The position numbers and the translations under genes are program-made. Positions 46,558 through 54,802 of a stretch of DNA of 64,000 bases are shown here, piece after piece. A model generated the notes under the pieces. It ran no database searches. It was not told the origin of the DNA and worked only from the letters and a program-made list of their open reading frames with translations. Source of the stretch: Candidatus Bathyarchaeia archaeon (lineage in GTDB: Archaea > Thermoproteota > Bathyarchaeia > 40CM-2-53-6); NCBI GenBank assembly GCA_049513715.1, contig JBEKVV010000004.1:160001-224000 (forward strand), written 5' to 3'. Numbering within the stretch: the first letter of the stretch is position 1; every line of letters begins with the position of its first letter.

Positions 46558-48485
46558 TGCACCAGGCAAAGGATAACACCGAACTGCTCCTAGATCCACT
46601 CACCCGTCGTTCGAATAGCTACTACCTGTTAGTTTCCGTGCTCCTCGCCATAGTCGGCTGGGGAGCCTACGCCTATGCTGTCCAAGTTACAAGCGGCATC
46701 GGCGTAGCGGGCATTAGGAGCGAAGTGATGTGGGCGATTTACATAACAAACTTCGTTTTCTTCATAGGCATAAGTCACGTTGGCGCATTAATGTCCGCTA
46801 TACTTCGACTGACGAGCGCCGATTGGAGAAAACCAATCACAAGGCTTGCTGAGGTTGTGACATTTGCGTCTCTGATCGTAGCTGTCACGTTTCCCATTAT
46901 TCATTTAGGAAGACCCGATCGTTGGATTAACCTATTCATCTACCCGAAACTCCAGTCTCCGCTCGTGTGGGACCTACTTTGCATAGGAACTTACATGATA
47001 GGCAGCACCATTTTCCTTTACCTACCGTTGATACCTGATATCGCAACGTGCAGGGACAGACTGCCAAACGTCTCAAGATTCAGGCGACGAATCTACTCTG
47101 TCCTCTCACTTGGTTGGACAGGCTCAGAATCTGAAATGCAATCCTTGGAGAAAGCCATTGGGATCATGACGATCCTGATCATACCCATCGCGATTTCAGT
47201 TCATACGATCGTATCGTGGGATTTTGCGATGCAGCTTAGGACAGGATGGAACAGCACGATATTCGGACCGTACTTCGTGGCTGGGGCACTCCTGTCCGGC
47301 GTCGCTACTGTACTTCTGGTAATGGCAGCGTTAACCAAATTCTACCATCTTAATGACTTCATTACGCGTAAGCATTTCGACAACATTGCAACACTCCTGC
47401 TTGCGCTTGACATCGTGATGGTATACCTCACGATTAACGAGTATATGGTTCCAGGGTACAAGGTATTAGGCCAAAATAACTTGGAAGGGCAATGGCTCAG
47501 CAGTCTTCTTTGGGGACTTTATTGGCCCAGATTCTGGTTCCAGATACTAGCCGGGTTGATCATGCCCGCCATCATTTTAGCAGTACCCAAAACTAGGACA
47601 ATCACAGGTTACTTGGTAGCTGCGCTTCTTGTTGATATTGGGATGTGGGTAGAGCGATTTGACATAGTGGTCCCAACCCTGGCATTACCACAGTTACCCT
47701 ACGCGTGGGGACAATATTCGCCTAGTTGGGTCGAGATCTCGATAACGGCAGCCGCATTCGCAGGCTTCGCACTTATCTATCTAGTTTTCACCAGAAACTT
47801 CCCCATAGTCTCAATGTGGGAGACTGCCGACCAGTCACCGCACGAGGAATTCTCCGCGAAAACCCTCCCTGAACCTACCAGAACTCTGATCGGGAGGAGC
47901 GATTCTGCTTTCGCCTCCCGCAGACGCTTCCTGAGCTATGGCGCCATGATGGTAGCAGGATTCGCGCTTGGCTCCCTTTCACCTAGCATTGCAACAGCTA
48001 TGGTTCGCGGTGTGAAAAAGAGCTCATCTGATGTCATCGTACCGATTTCGAACCTTGGCGAAAGTGTTTCGGTCAACGATGTCAGGTCGATGGCGAAGTT
48101 TCAGGTGGAGAAACCGGCGAGAATGCCGACGGGAAGCAGGCTCGACGACGTAAGAGTTGGAAATAACGGGGAACTAGTTACATTGCTTTACGTCAACCCA
48201 ACCGTTCCAACGATCCCTACGTATTCCTCCGCCGTGGGCTTTGCAATCCTAGAGATGCTTGATCCTAAGCTGGATAGTCCACCAACGTATTTACCGAATG
48301 GGTTCAAGCGAGTCAAAGTCAACTTGAACAGTGGTTTCGCAAGGGAATCCAGTGACGCAGAATTCGACAACAGAGGCGAGCCTGGCCAGCTTCAATGGTG
48401 GCAGGGCGGAGTACACTTCGTGATGCTCGCGAACATTCCCATCGAACAACTCAGGCAGATAGCGGAATCGATGGAGCCAATCTAA
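46557..48485 (+). CDS. NrfD/PsrC (ActC-like) membrane subunit with C-terminal extension
   Basis: NFVFFIGISH, HLGRPDR, SPLVWD, SVHTIVSW, GPYFVAGA and MWVERF motifs; internal SRRRFL. Confidence 0.88.
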   Translation: MHQAKDNTELLLDPLTRRSNSYYLLVSVLLAIVGWGAYAYAVQVTSGIGVAGIRSEVMWAIYITNFVFFIGISHVGALMSAILRLTSADWRKPITRLAEVVTFASLIVAVTFPIIHLGRPDRWINLFIYPKLQSPLVWDLLCIGTYMIGSTIFLYLPLIPDIATCRDRLPNVSRFRRRIYSVLSLGWTGSESEMQSLEKAIGIMTILIIPIAISVHTIVSWDFAMQLRTGWNSTIFGPYFVAGALLSGVATVLLVMAALTKFYHLNDFITRKHFDNIATLLLALDIVMVYLTINEYMVPGYKVLGQNNLEGQWLSSLLWGLYWPRFWFQILAGLIMPAIILAVPKTRTITGYLVAALLVDIGMWVERFDIVVPTLALPQLPYAWGQYSPSWVEISITAAAFAGFALIYLVFTRNFPIVSMWETADQSPHEEFSAKTLPEPTRTLIGRSDSAFASRRRFLSYGAMMVAGFALGSLSPSIATAMVRGVKKSSSDVIVPISNLGESVSVNDVRSMAKFQVEKPARMPTGSRLDDVRVGNNGELVTLLYVNPTVPTIPTYSSAVGFAILEMLDPKLDSPPTYLPNGFKRVKVNLNSGFARESSDAEFDNRGEPGQLQWWQGGVHFVMLANIPIEQLRQIAESMEPI

Positions 48486-48487
48486 CA

Positions 48488-49486
48488 ATGATCAGAAACA
48501 TCGCCCGCGTACTTGTTCTGCTTCTGCTCGCAATAATGGCAATGGGGTTTTCCACACTTTCGGGTTACGCCACCGGAATCGCCTCCCATTCAGGATCAAT
48601 GACCATAATCACCGGTCAAACGACCGGAGAAGTTCCCGGGTTCAAAATATTCACCGTGATCGTTAGTAGCCGCGGATTCAACGGTTCATCCAACACGCTC
48701 AACCTCCCTGTTTCCCAGGGAGACCAGGTCAGCATAACATTCGTGTACGACGACCCGACAGTCAATACCGCTCACGAGATGGCAATCGTAGGTTACAACA
48801 TTCGGACCGCTATAATCGACCAGGCCAACCCGATTAGCAAAATTCAGTTCGTAGCCGGACAGGTAGGAAGTTTCCAGATCCAATGCATTATTCCATGCGT
48901 GGGAATGGACAACCTTCAAAACGCATGGCTACTCGTCAAACGATCAACCGGGACGTCAATAGGAACGACTTTAACGTTACGAAATGGGCTCTCACTGGCT
49001 CTCAATGGCTCTCTACTCAACATCAAAGCACGTGTGACTGACAGAGCAGGAAACCCGATAACCGGCCTTATCGTCAGCTTCTATGTTAGCACCGACTTCG
49101 GTATGATGAAAATCGGCGACAACGTAACTGACACAAGTGGTTTGGCTCACTTTGCTTACCCGTTACCCTCAGTTCGCAATATGACGGTTGCAGCGTACTT
49201 CCCCGGAAGCGGCATCTACCAGAGCGGAAATGCAACCGCTTCCTTAATCCCACCATCGAACTCAGGCACAGGTCTCGTTTCCATTGGCGGTGACACTAAC
49301 CATCCCCCCGGCGGGGAAGGCGCCTTTTTCGATCCCCGACTGATCGGTGTCCCCACCGATGTTAGTGTGGTTTTGGCTGCGCTCGTGTTGGTTGTCATCA
49401 TCTGCGTTTGGTCAACATTCGCATACGTGATAAGTCTGGTCTTGAAAATAAAGAGACAAAACTCGAGGAAGATTGGAGGCAGCTAG
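48488..49486 (+). CDS. Cupredoxin + Ig-like domain membrane protein
   Basis: Signal peptide; AHEM and CIIPCVGM motifs; Ig-like region; C-terminal TM helix. Confidence 0.65.
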   Translation: MIRNIARVLVLLLLAIMAMGFSTLSGYATGIASHSGSMTIITGQTTGEVPGFKIFTVIVSSRGFNGSSNTLNLPVSQGDQVSITFVYDDPTVNTAHEMAIVGYNIRTAIIDQANPISKIQFVAGQVGSFQIQCIIPCVGMDNLQNAWLLVKRSTGTSIGTTLTLRNGLSLALNGSLLNIKARVTDRAGNPITGLIVSFYVSTDFGMMKIGDNVTDTSGLAHFAYPLPSVRNMTVAAYFPGSGIYQSGNATASLIPPSNSGTGLVSIGGDTNHPPGGEGAFFDPRLIGVPTDVSVVLAALVLVVIICVWSTFAYVISLVLKIKRQNSRKIGGS

Positions 49487-49490
49487 TGAC

Positions 49491-50033
49491 ATGAAGTCGA
49501 ACATTCTGTCCGACAAGAATAGGAAGTATATTGTACTCGCACCAATCGTCGTTCTAGCCCTAATGATGCTCTTTACTCAAGGGTTCTTCCTGAGCCCCTG
49601 GCTCAATGAGCGGAAGATGTCCAATGAGGCCGATTTCTGCCCGCAGACCTTATGCTTAGTCAACTACAACTACAACAGGGATCTCATCCAAATCTCCGTA
49701 ACACTGTACAACGCCGGCACCGAGCCTCTGACGATAATGGATGTATTCTATGACGGAAACAGGCTTACGGAAGGTTTTGTGGGAGCGCCTAATGACCCTA
49801 CGATCATGCCTCTCCCGGGGCCTTCCATGAATTCTAACGACATCATTTTTCCAGCGGCTAGCCAGTGGAACATGAACACAGAAGGCCCCACGACTCCAAC
49901 TATATTGCCCGGAGGCATCGCAACTCTATACCTCGGCGTTGCCACCTTCAACACGGGGTCGCCACATATCCTGAAGATCGTTGTACAAGGTGGAAGCTAT
50001 GCGTTCATCATCGAGTCCAAGCCATTGGGCTGA
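49491..50033 (+). CDS. Membrane-anchored hypothetical protein
   Basis: N-terminal TM helix; LYNAGTEPLTI beta-sandwich-like region; last gene of the operon. Confidence 0.6.
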   Translation: MKSNILSDKNRKYIVLAPIVVLALMMLFTQGFFLSPWLNERKMSNEADFCPQTLCLVNYNYNRDLIQISVTLYNAGTEPLTIMDVFYDGNRLTEGFVGAPNDPTIMPLPGPSMNSNDIIFPAASQWNMNTEGPTTPTILPGGIATLYLGVATFNTGSPHILKIVVQGGSYAFIIESKPLG

Positions 50034-50219
50034 AGTTGGGCTAGTTCCGAGTGCTTAGGTGCAGATTCTGCATTCCACAGGCTGACTTTCTAAAGCAAGC
50101 GTTATTCACAACAGTTGTCGAAGTATGAACCAACCCGTGTTTCGCTACTGAATCAGTTGCAGAAATTCCACTTCTTTTGAATGTAAGTTATGAAGTGACC
50201 TTCAGGAAATCGGTCGACA

Positions 50220-50573
50220 CTAGCCTCCCGCAACGATCGGTATGAAATTAACCACGTCTCCGTCGTTCAAGGTAGAATCCAGCCCTGTGGCAGGAGCATT
50301 GTTTACGAGTATTAGCATCGTGGTCATCATCTGTGGCGATAGGGACGAGTGCCTCTGCACGATGGTATTCAACAGGTTACGAAGTGAAGCATGGTCCGGC
50401 AGGTCATAGTACTCATCGCTTATGTTAACAAACTGCTGCATCTGGAAGTAGATGACTTTGACGGTGACGAGTGCAGGCCGTTGAAGAAAACTAATCAAGT
50501 TAACCGTAGTAAGAGCGGCTCCTCCCGCGATTACCGAACCAATTACCCATCGCAGGAAACTTCGTCTCTCCAA
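50220..50573 (-). CDS. MoaD/ThiS (ubiquitin-like) protein with N-terminal twin-arginine/TM segment
   Basis: ERRSFLRW plus a hydrophobic helix; C-terminus LNDGDVVNFIPIVAGG. Confidence 0.7.
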   Translation of the reverse strand: MERRSFLRWVIGSVIAGGAALTTVNLISFLQRPALVTVKVIYFQMQQFVNISDEYYDLPDHASLRNLLNTIVQRHSSLSPQMMTTMLILVNNAPATGLDSTLNDGDVVNFIPIVAGG

Positions 50574-50704
50574 TTGCCAACCCCAGCTTTCGTCAGCGAG
50601 GCAACGCGCTCCGCCGAACCATATTAGCCTATTGAATGGGTTAATAGTCAACCTACATAATGCAGGATGACATATAGGCGAATACGAAGACCGATGTAAC
50701 CTAA

Positions 50705-50718
50705 TTCCAAGTTTGGAA
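50705..50718. promoter_or_regulatory. Palindromic operator TTCCAA-GT-TTGGAA
   Basis: Inverted repeat 13 bp upstream of the wHTH gene; matches the 44992 site. Confidence 0.6.
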
Positions 50719-50731
50719 ATCAGCGATTACG

Positions 50732-51094
50732 ATGCAAATCAACGAAGACGATCGAAAGAAGGCTGTAATCCGAGCCTTGCTAGATGATCACTCAAGATTA
50801 ATACTTACTTCGACGATGCTTGTTCCCAAATCAGTGATCGACATCACGCGCGAGCATGAAATTCCGATAACGTCGGCTTATAGGAAAGTCAAGGAGCTGA
50901 AAGAATTCGGGTTGTTGAAAGTTGACCGCATCGTACTGACCCCGGATGGCAAGAAATTCGAGATGGTGAGGAGCACGATAAGGTCAGCCAGCGTTCAATT
51001 TGATAAGGGAACGTTAAGTGTAGATGTAACAGCTGGCATTGAGGCAGACGAGAAGCTGGTAAAACGATTCTTTGCGCTCAGAGAGGTGAGATAA
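50732..51094 (+). CDS. ArsR-like winged-HTH transcriptional regulator
   Basis: ALLDDHSRLIL...SVIDI...ITSAYRKVKELKEFGLL...PDGK. Confidence 0.8.
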   Translation: MQINEDDRKKAVIRALLDDHSRLILTSTMLVPKSVIDITREHEIPITSAYRKVKELKEFGLLKVDRIVLTPDGKKFEMVRSTIRSASVQFDKGTLSVDVTAGIEADEKLVKRFFALREVR

Positions 51095-51369
51095 TGCAGG
51101 ACATTTACGTGCTGCGCGCCCTCAAACTCGTCATAGTTATCCTCGGATCAATTTTGGTGTATCTGGGTGTCAAGGGTTATCGTAAGAACCGGGGTAAGGA
51201 CATGGTATTCTTGACGGTTGGATTCGCGCTCATCACCGCGGGGTCAGTCGCTGCTGGTGTGCTGTTCGAATTTCTGGGGTTCCAGTTAATCGACGTTGAG
51301 ATCGTCGAATCAACGATGGTAATTCTTGGGTTTGCTTCTTTGATCTATTCGATTTTTGGGTTTGACTAA
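51094..51369 (+). CDS. Small three-TM membrane protein coupled to the regulator
   Basis: GYRKNR...LTVGFALIT pattern; start overlaps the regulator stop. Confidence 0.65.
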   Translation: MQDIYVLRALKLVIVILGSILVYLGVKGYRKNRGKDMVFLTVGFALITAGSVAAGVLFEFLGFQLIDVEIVESTMVILGFASLIYSIFGFD

Positions 51370-51371
51370 AC

Positions 51372-51638
51372 TTGCCTGACTTTTTCGAACTCACAAGCTT
51401 TCTTCTAATGTTTTACGCAGCCGGGATTTCATTCTACATTGCGAAGCGGGCTGTTATTGTGGGACGCCGGTACCTGTTCCTGTCTCTTTTGCTCGCTTTT
51501 ATGGTTCTGTCCCATGGCATCCACCACCTATTCACTTTTCTTCAGTACGTAGACTTGGAACAGGTTTTCGAATTCGCCGCTTCCGTGTTTGCGTTGGCCT
51601 TGGCGCTTGATTACGTGTATGTTTCGAGGCGACCATGA
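51372..51638 (+). CDS. Small membrane protein with His cluster
   Basis: Three TM helices; SHGIHH motif. Confidence 0.55.
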   Translation: MPDFFELTSFLLMFYAAGISFYIAKRAVIVGRRYLFLSLLLAFMVLSHGIHHLFTFLQYVDLEQVFEFAASVFALALALDYVYVSRRP

Positions 51639-51642
51639 AACC

Positions 51643-51921
51643 ATGGAGCAGTTAATCGTTAGTGCAACATTGGTACTGCTCATAACGGCTGCTCTGATTT
51701 TCGCGTTTCAAACGTTCCGTCAGGCCAAGAGAAGTTCGCATAAAGACGCAAGCTTCCCTACTGTACTTCTGCTTGCCCTGGTGGGTTGGATTGCTACTGA
51801 AGCAGTAAGTGATTCAGTCGGGGCCTCCTTAGGAGATGTCGGAAGATGGACGCACATGTCGGTAATGATTCTTTTTGCTGGAGCTGTGACATTTCAACTG
51901 AAACGCGCTCGAGAAGCATGA
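51643..51921 (+). CDS. Small membrane protein
   Basis: Three hydrophobic segments; ATG at 51643. Confidence 0.5.
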   Translation: MEQLIVSATLVLLITAALIFAFQTFRQAKRSSHKDASFPTVLLLALVGWIATEAVSDSVGASLGDVGRWTHMSVMILFAGAVTFQLKRAREA

Positions 51922-51950
51922 ACAGCCATGCGGACGGTTAATGCCGCGGC

Positions 51951-52289
51951 TCATCTGCGGCCTGACAGCGTTTTCTTTGCCTGCTCTATGTAGTCTTCGA
52001 GCGCATAGTTGGGCGTCTGAACGAACGTCAAATTCAGCCTACCGTAGAGCTTTCTCGCCACGTCGTCTCCGATTGTTTTTGCTCCAATCACATCGAATTT
52101 GGTCTCAAGAACCTGATAGAGCACACTAAGTCGGTAGGGAATCTCGTCTGGACCTATGTCGTAATGATCTTTCAAATGCGCGTACAGAGTTTCCAAATTA
52201 CGACGCCCCAACAGTTCTGAAAGGAGATCATCTATTGACTTCAGGACCTTTTGGTTGAAGTCCCTCTGAGAACTGAATGGTATTGACAA
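51951..52289 (-). CDS. Small helical archaeal hypothetical protein
   Basis: 112-aa ORF with protein-like composition. Confidence 0.55.
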   Translation of the reverse strand: MSIPFSSQRDFNQKVLKSIDDLLSELLGRRNLETLYAHLKDHYDIGPDEIPYRLSVLYQVLETKFDVIGAKTIGDDVARKLYGRLNLTFVQTPNYALEDYIEQAKKTLSGRR

Positions 52290-52401
52290 GATTTGAAGTT
52301 CGAAGATTCCTTCTCAATAATAAACGGGTACTCCCTAGAATGTCGCAGATAACGAAACTTCAGGTTAATTACCCAGAGAATCGTTTGGCGGATTACGTTA
52401 G

Positions 52402-53112
52402 TTACTCACGGAATGCCTCGACGCTCTCCTTTCCGACAAACGCTAGAATTATAGCTGTAGCCAAATAATCGACCCAGCCTAGTTTGAAGAAATAGTTAAC
52501 GAGCAAGCCTCCAAGCAAGGCAAGAGCCATGAGGAAGCAGGTGGCGGATTCTATGGCATCGATAGAAAGAGGTACGCAGTTTGTCTCCCTTCCTATCTTT
52601 CTCTTCTCAATCCATAGGATAGGCATGATTAACACCGCACCTATGGCCACCGCTATACCGAGAGGAGAGGATTCAGGTCGTATGCCCGCGAAGTACGAAT
52701 AAGCAGCACCCAAGCTGATTACTGGAATCAATGCAACGAGAAGCAGTTTCGTAAGTTTCTCGGCTCTTTCACCTCGCTCGCTCGAACCCCCAGAATTACC
52801 TTTCAGATGACTTAGAACTATGAACCCAGAAATCAATTCGACAAGGCTATCGCTTCCAAATGCGATCAGAGCCAAACTACTCAAAAACAACCCGACACCA
52901 ATTGAACCGATAACCTCAACAGCCATCCACCCCAAACTAAAATATTCCACCACAATCCCAAGATGAATCCTTCCAAGCCTCCAAGAGATGTGAGTCGGCG
53001 AACAGCAACAAGAGACACAGCTTGCACATTCGCTAGGGTTCAGGCAATTCTCGCATGACTCAGCCTCACACTCACAAATCGTGCAGGTGGAGCCATCTTG
53101 CATGGGGGCCAT
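52402..53112 (-). CDS. Cation diffusion facilitator-type transporter with Cys-rich N-terminus
   Basis: AFGSDSLVE, DAIES and WVD motifs; N-terminal CTICECE...CCC. Confidence 0.75.
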   Translation of the reverse strand: MAPMQDGSTCTICECEAESCENCLNPSECASCVSCCCSPTHISWRLGRIHLGIVVEYFSLGWMAVEVIGSIGVGLFLSSLALIAFGSDSLVELISGFIVLSHLKGNSGGSSERGERAEKLTKLLLVALIPVISLGAAYSYFAGIRPESSPLGIAVAIGAVLIMPILWIEKRKIGRETNCVPLSIDAIESATCFLMALALLGGLLVNYFFKLGWVDYLATAIILAFVGKESVEAFRE

Positions 53113-53154
53113 TTTCTAGAATGCCTCGGCTCCCTCTCTTCCTCAATGGATCGT

Positions 53155-53994
53155 TTAAGCGCCCCCAAGTGTCACTATGAGATCTGTTAGAAATCCTGCG
53201 CACAATCCGACGAAGATTCCAAGCATAAGAAGGTCGTTTGCTGCCTGTCTCCTTGCCACATTGTACATCAGCAGGGAAACGTAAATCAGCGAACCGCCCG
53301 CAATTGACAGGAACAGTATGTATGCCTGAGTGGAAATCCACAGGCTGCCGACAACCGTTCCGATGAATGTTGGGCCTCCGCCAATAAGTCCCGCCTTCAA
53401 CAGGAAACTTATGCTTGGCCTTTCCGCAAGTCCTGTTAGAGGTCCCGCTATCCCAAACCCCTCTGTGGTATTGTGGGCTCCGAAACCAATGATCAGGAGT
53501 ACTGCCAGACCCATTGCTCCAGAGGCGTATGACTGGCCTATGGCAAGCCCCTCACTGAAGTTGTGAGCCCCGATTCCTATGGCAATCATCATTGCAAACC
53601 TGTATGCGTTTCTTCGTTCCAGTATTAGCGACTCCGATGGACTACCGGCAGCTTTCGGTGAAACGGGCAATCTTTCCTTCATCATGTACCGGGTTTCATA
53701 CCACACCAACCCCAAGAGTCCAATTGCAAGCCCACCAAACACAGCCAGGAGGTCCAAAACAGCATCGCTTGGCGGTAACTGCCCCGCAAAAGCTCCAGCA
53801 GCAACGTTAGCCGCTGATTCCCAACCATGACTGAAAACATCGATGATGAGGAAGATCAGAATACCTATCGCAAGTGCGTTGAGAAACCCCTTCTTTCTCA
53901 AACTGATGTTCTGGAGAACTACAAGAGGTAAACCAAGAAATATCGTAAAGCCAGCGATAGCTCCGAGTAACAGCAAATCTGTGTAGTTCATCAA
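53155..53994 (-). CDS. ZIP family metal transporter
   Basis: AHNFSEGLAIG and AHNTTEG motifs. Confidence 0.9.
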   Translation of the reverse strand: MMNYTDLLLLGAIAGFTIFLGLPLVVLQNISLRKKGFLNALAIGILIFLIIDVFSHGWESAANVAAGAFAGQLPPSDAVLDLLAVFGGLAIGLLGLVWYETRYMMKERLPVSPKAAGSPSESLILERRNAYRFAMMIAIGIGAHNFSEGLAIGQSYASGAMGLAVLLIIGFGAHNTTEGFGIAGPLTGLAERPSISFLLKAGLIGGGPTFIGTVVGSLWISTQAYILFLSIAGGSLIYVSLLMYNVARRQAANDLLMLGIFVGLCAGFLTDLIVTLGGA

Positions 53995-54148
53995 CTTCTC
54001 TTTTCAACGAATCCGCATATGACATAAGCCATATTTAGGAGCGTGGGGGGGATGAAATCACGGGACCTGCCGAACTCTCGTTGCCGATAAAACTGACATT
54101 TTCTATCACTGCCAGCCACTTGTTTTCTACCTCAACTGTGATAACCGT

Positions 54149-54196
54149 AGACCTACAGAACCAACTAGACGGTTCTGTCAAGTGTTAGTTTGGTAG
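54149..54196. mobile_element. Back-to-back IS6-type TIR junction
   Basis: AGACCTACAGAACC (54149-54162), AACTAGAC (54163-54170), GGTTCTGTCAAGT (54171-54183). Confidence 0.7.
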
Positions 54197-54248
54197 CATA
54201 GGGTTTGGGGAGAAGCTGTCAAGGATCGTGTGGTCAAGCTCCCACCTA

Positions 54249-54479
54249 TCAAGTGTCGAAGAGATGTAAGATAGGGAACACTGGACGCCAGTGTTTAGTA
54301 ACTTTCTTCGTTTTCTTGTCGCTCTCTAATTTGTTGTAGCAGTCTCCGCAGTAGCCAGAGTATTCGGCTGGGTTCTTATGGCACATTTTGCAGAGAGAAA
54401 GCTCTCGTTCCCGCCTAAGTTCTTCTATAAACGCTTGTCCTAAGTTGATGTTCCACTGCGTTTGAGGATTGCCACTCAA
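54249..54479 (-). CDS. Small Zn-finger protein, probably a passenger of a truncated element
   Basis: CKMC...CGDC; points toward the TIR at 54171, as the Zn-finger gene of element 1 does. Confidence 0.55.
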   Translation of the reverse strand: MSGNPQTQWNINLGQAFIEELRRERELSLCKMCHKNPAEYSGYCGDCYNKLESDKKTKKVTKHWRPVFPILHLFDT

Positions 54480-54802
54480 TCTGAGTACTAGCTACTTGTT
54501 CTTTGTGAGATGTTGTTGTATTAGGGTTGTTTGTCTGTGCCTCTTTTGGTGTGGTTGCGAGCGCTTGACCCCTGGGCTAAGGGATGCTGGAATCATACAG
54601 TCGAGAGCAGAACTTCGAGTATGGCAAATGCTCCTTCAAAGACCGGGGGGTCGGTATTTCTCCCCATGTTTTCCAGTTTGTTCCCTGCTTTTTGTGCTAT
54701 CGTTGGCTAGTGAATCTCACGTTTGGGCATAGTATTTTCAGTATTTACAATGCTTTCCCAATTCTTGAATGACCAATTCGCAACCAGTTCCACCGTGGAA
54801 CA

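Noticed and set aside
46393..51510. GGTACTGT and GGTTCTGT matches at about 46394 and 51503
   Set aside because: Inside intact CDSs, with no extended TIR match or flanking octamer
52271..52290. AACTGAAT-GGTATTGACAAG as the left TIR partner of the 54162 end
   Set aside because: Two mismatches in 12 bp, the octamer differs from AACTAGAC, and it overlaps a gene start; chance cannot be excluded
54040..54110. Riboswitch or C/D box sRNA upstream of the ZIP gene
   Set aside because: Only partial box-like words and no convincing structure
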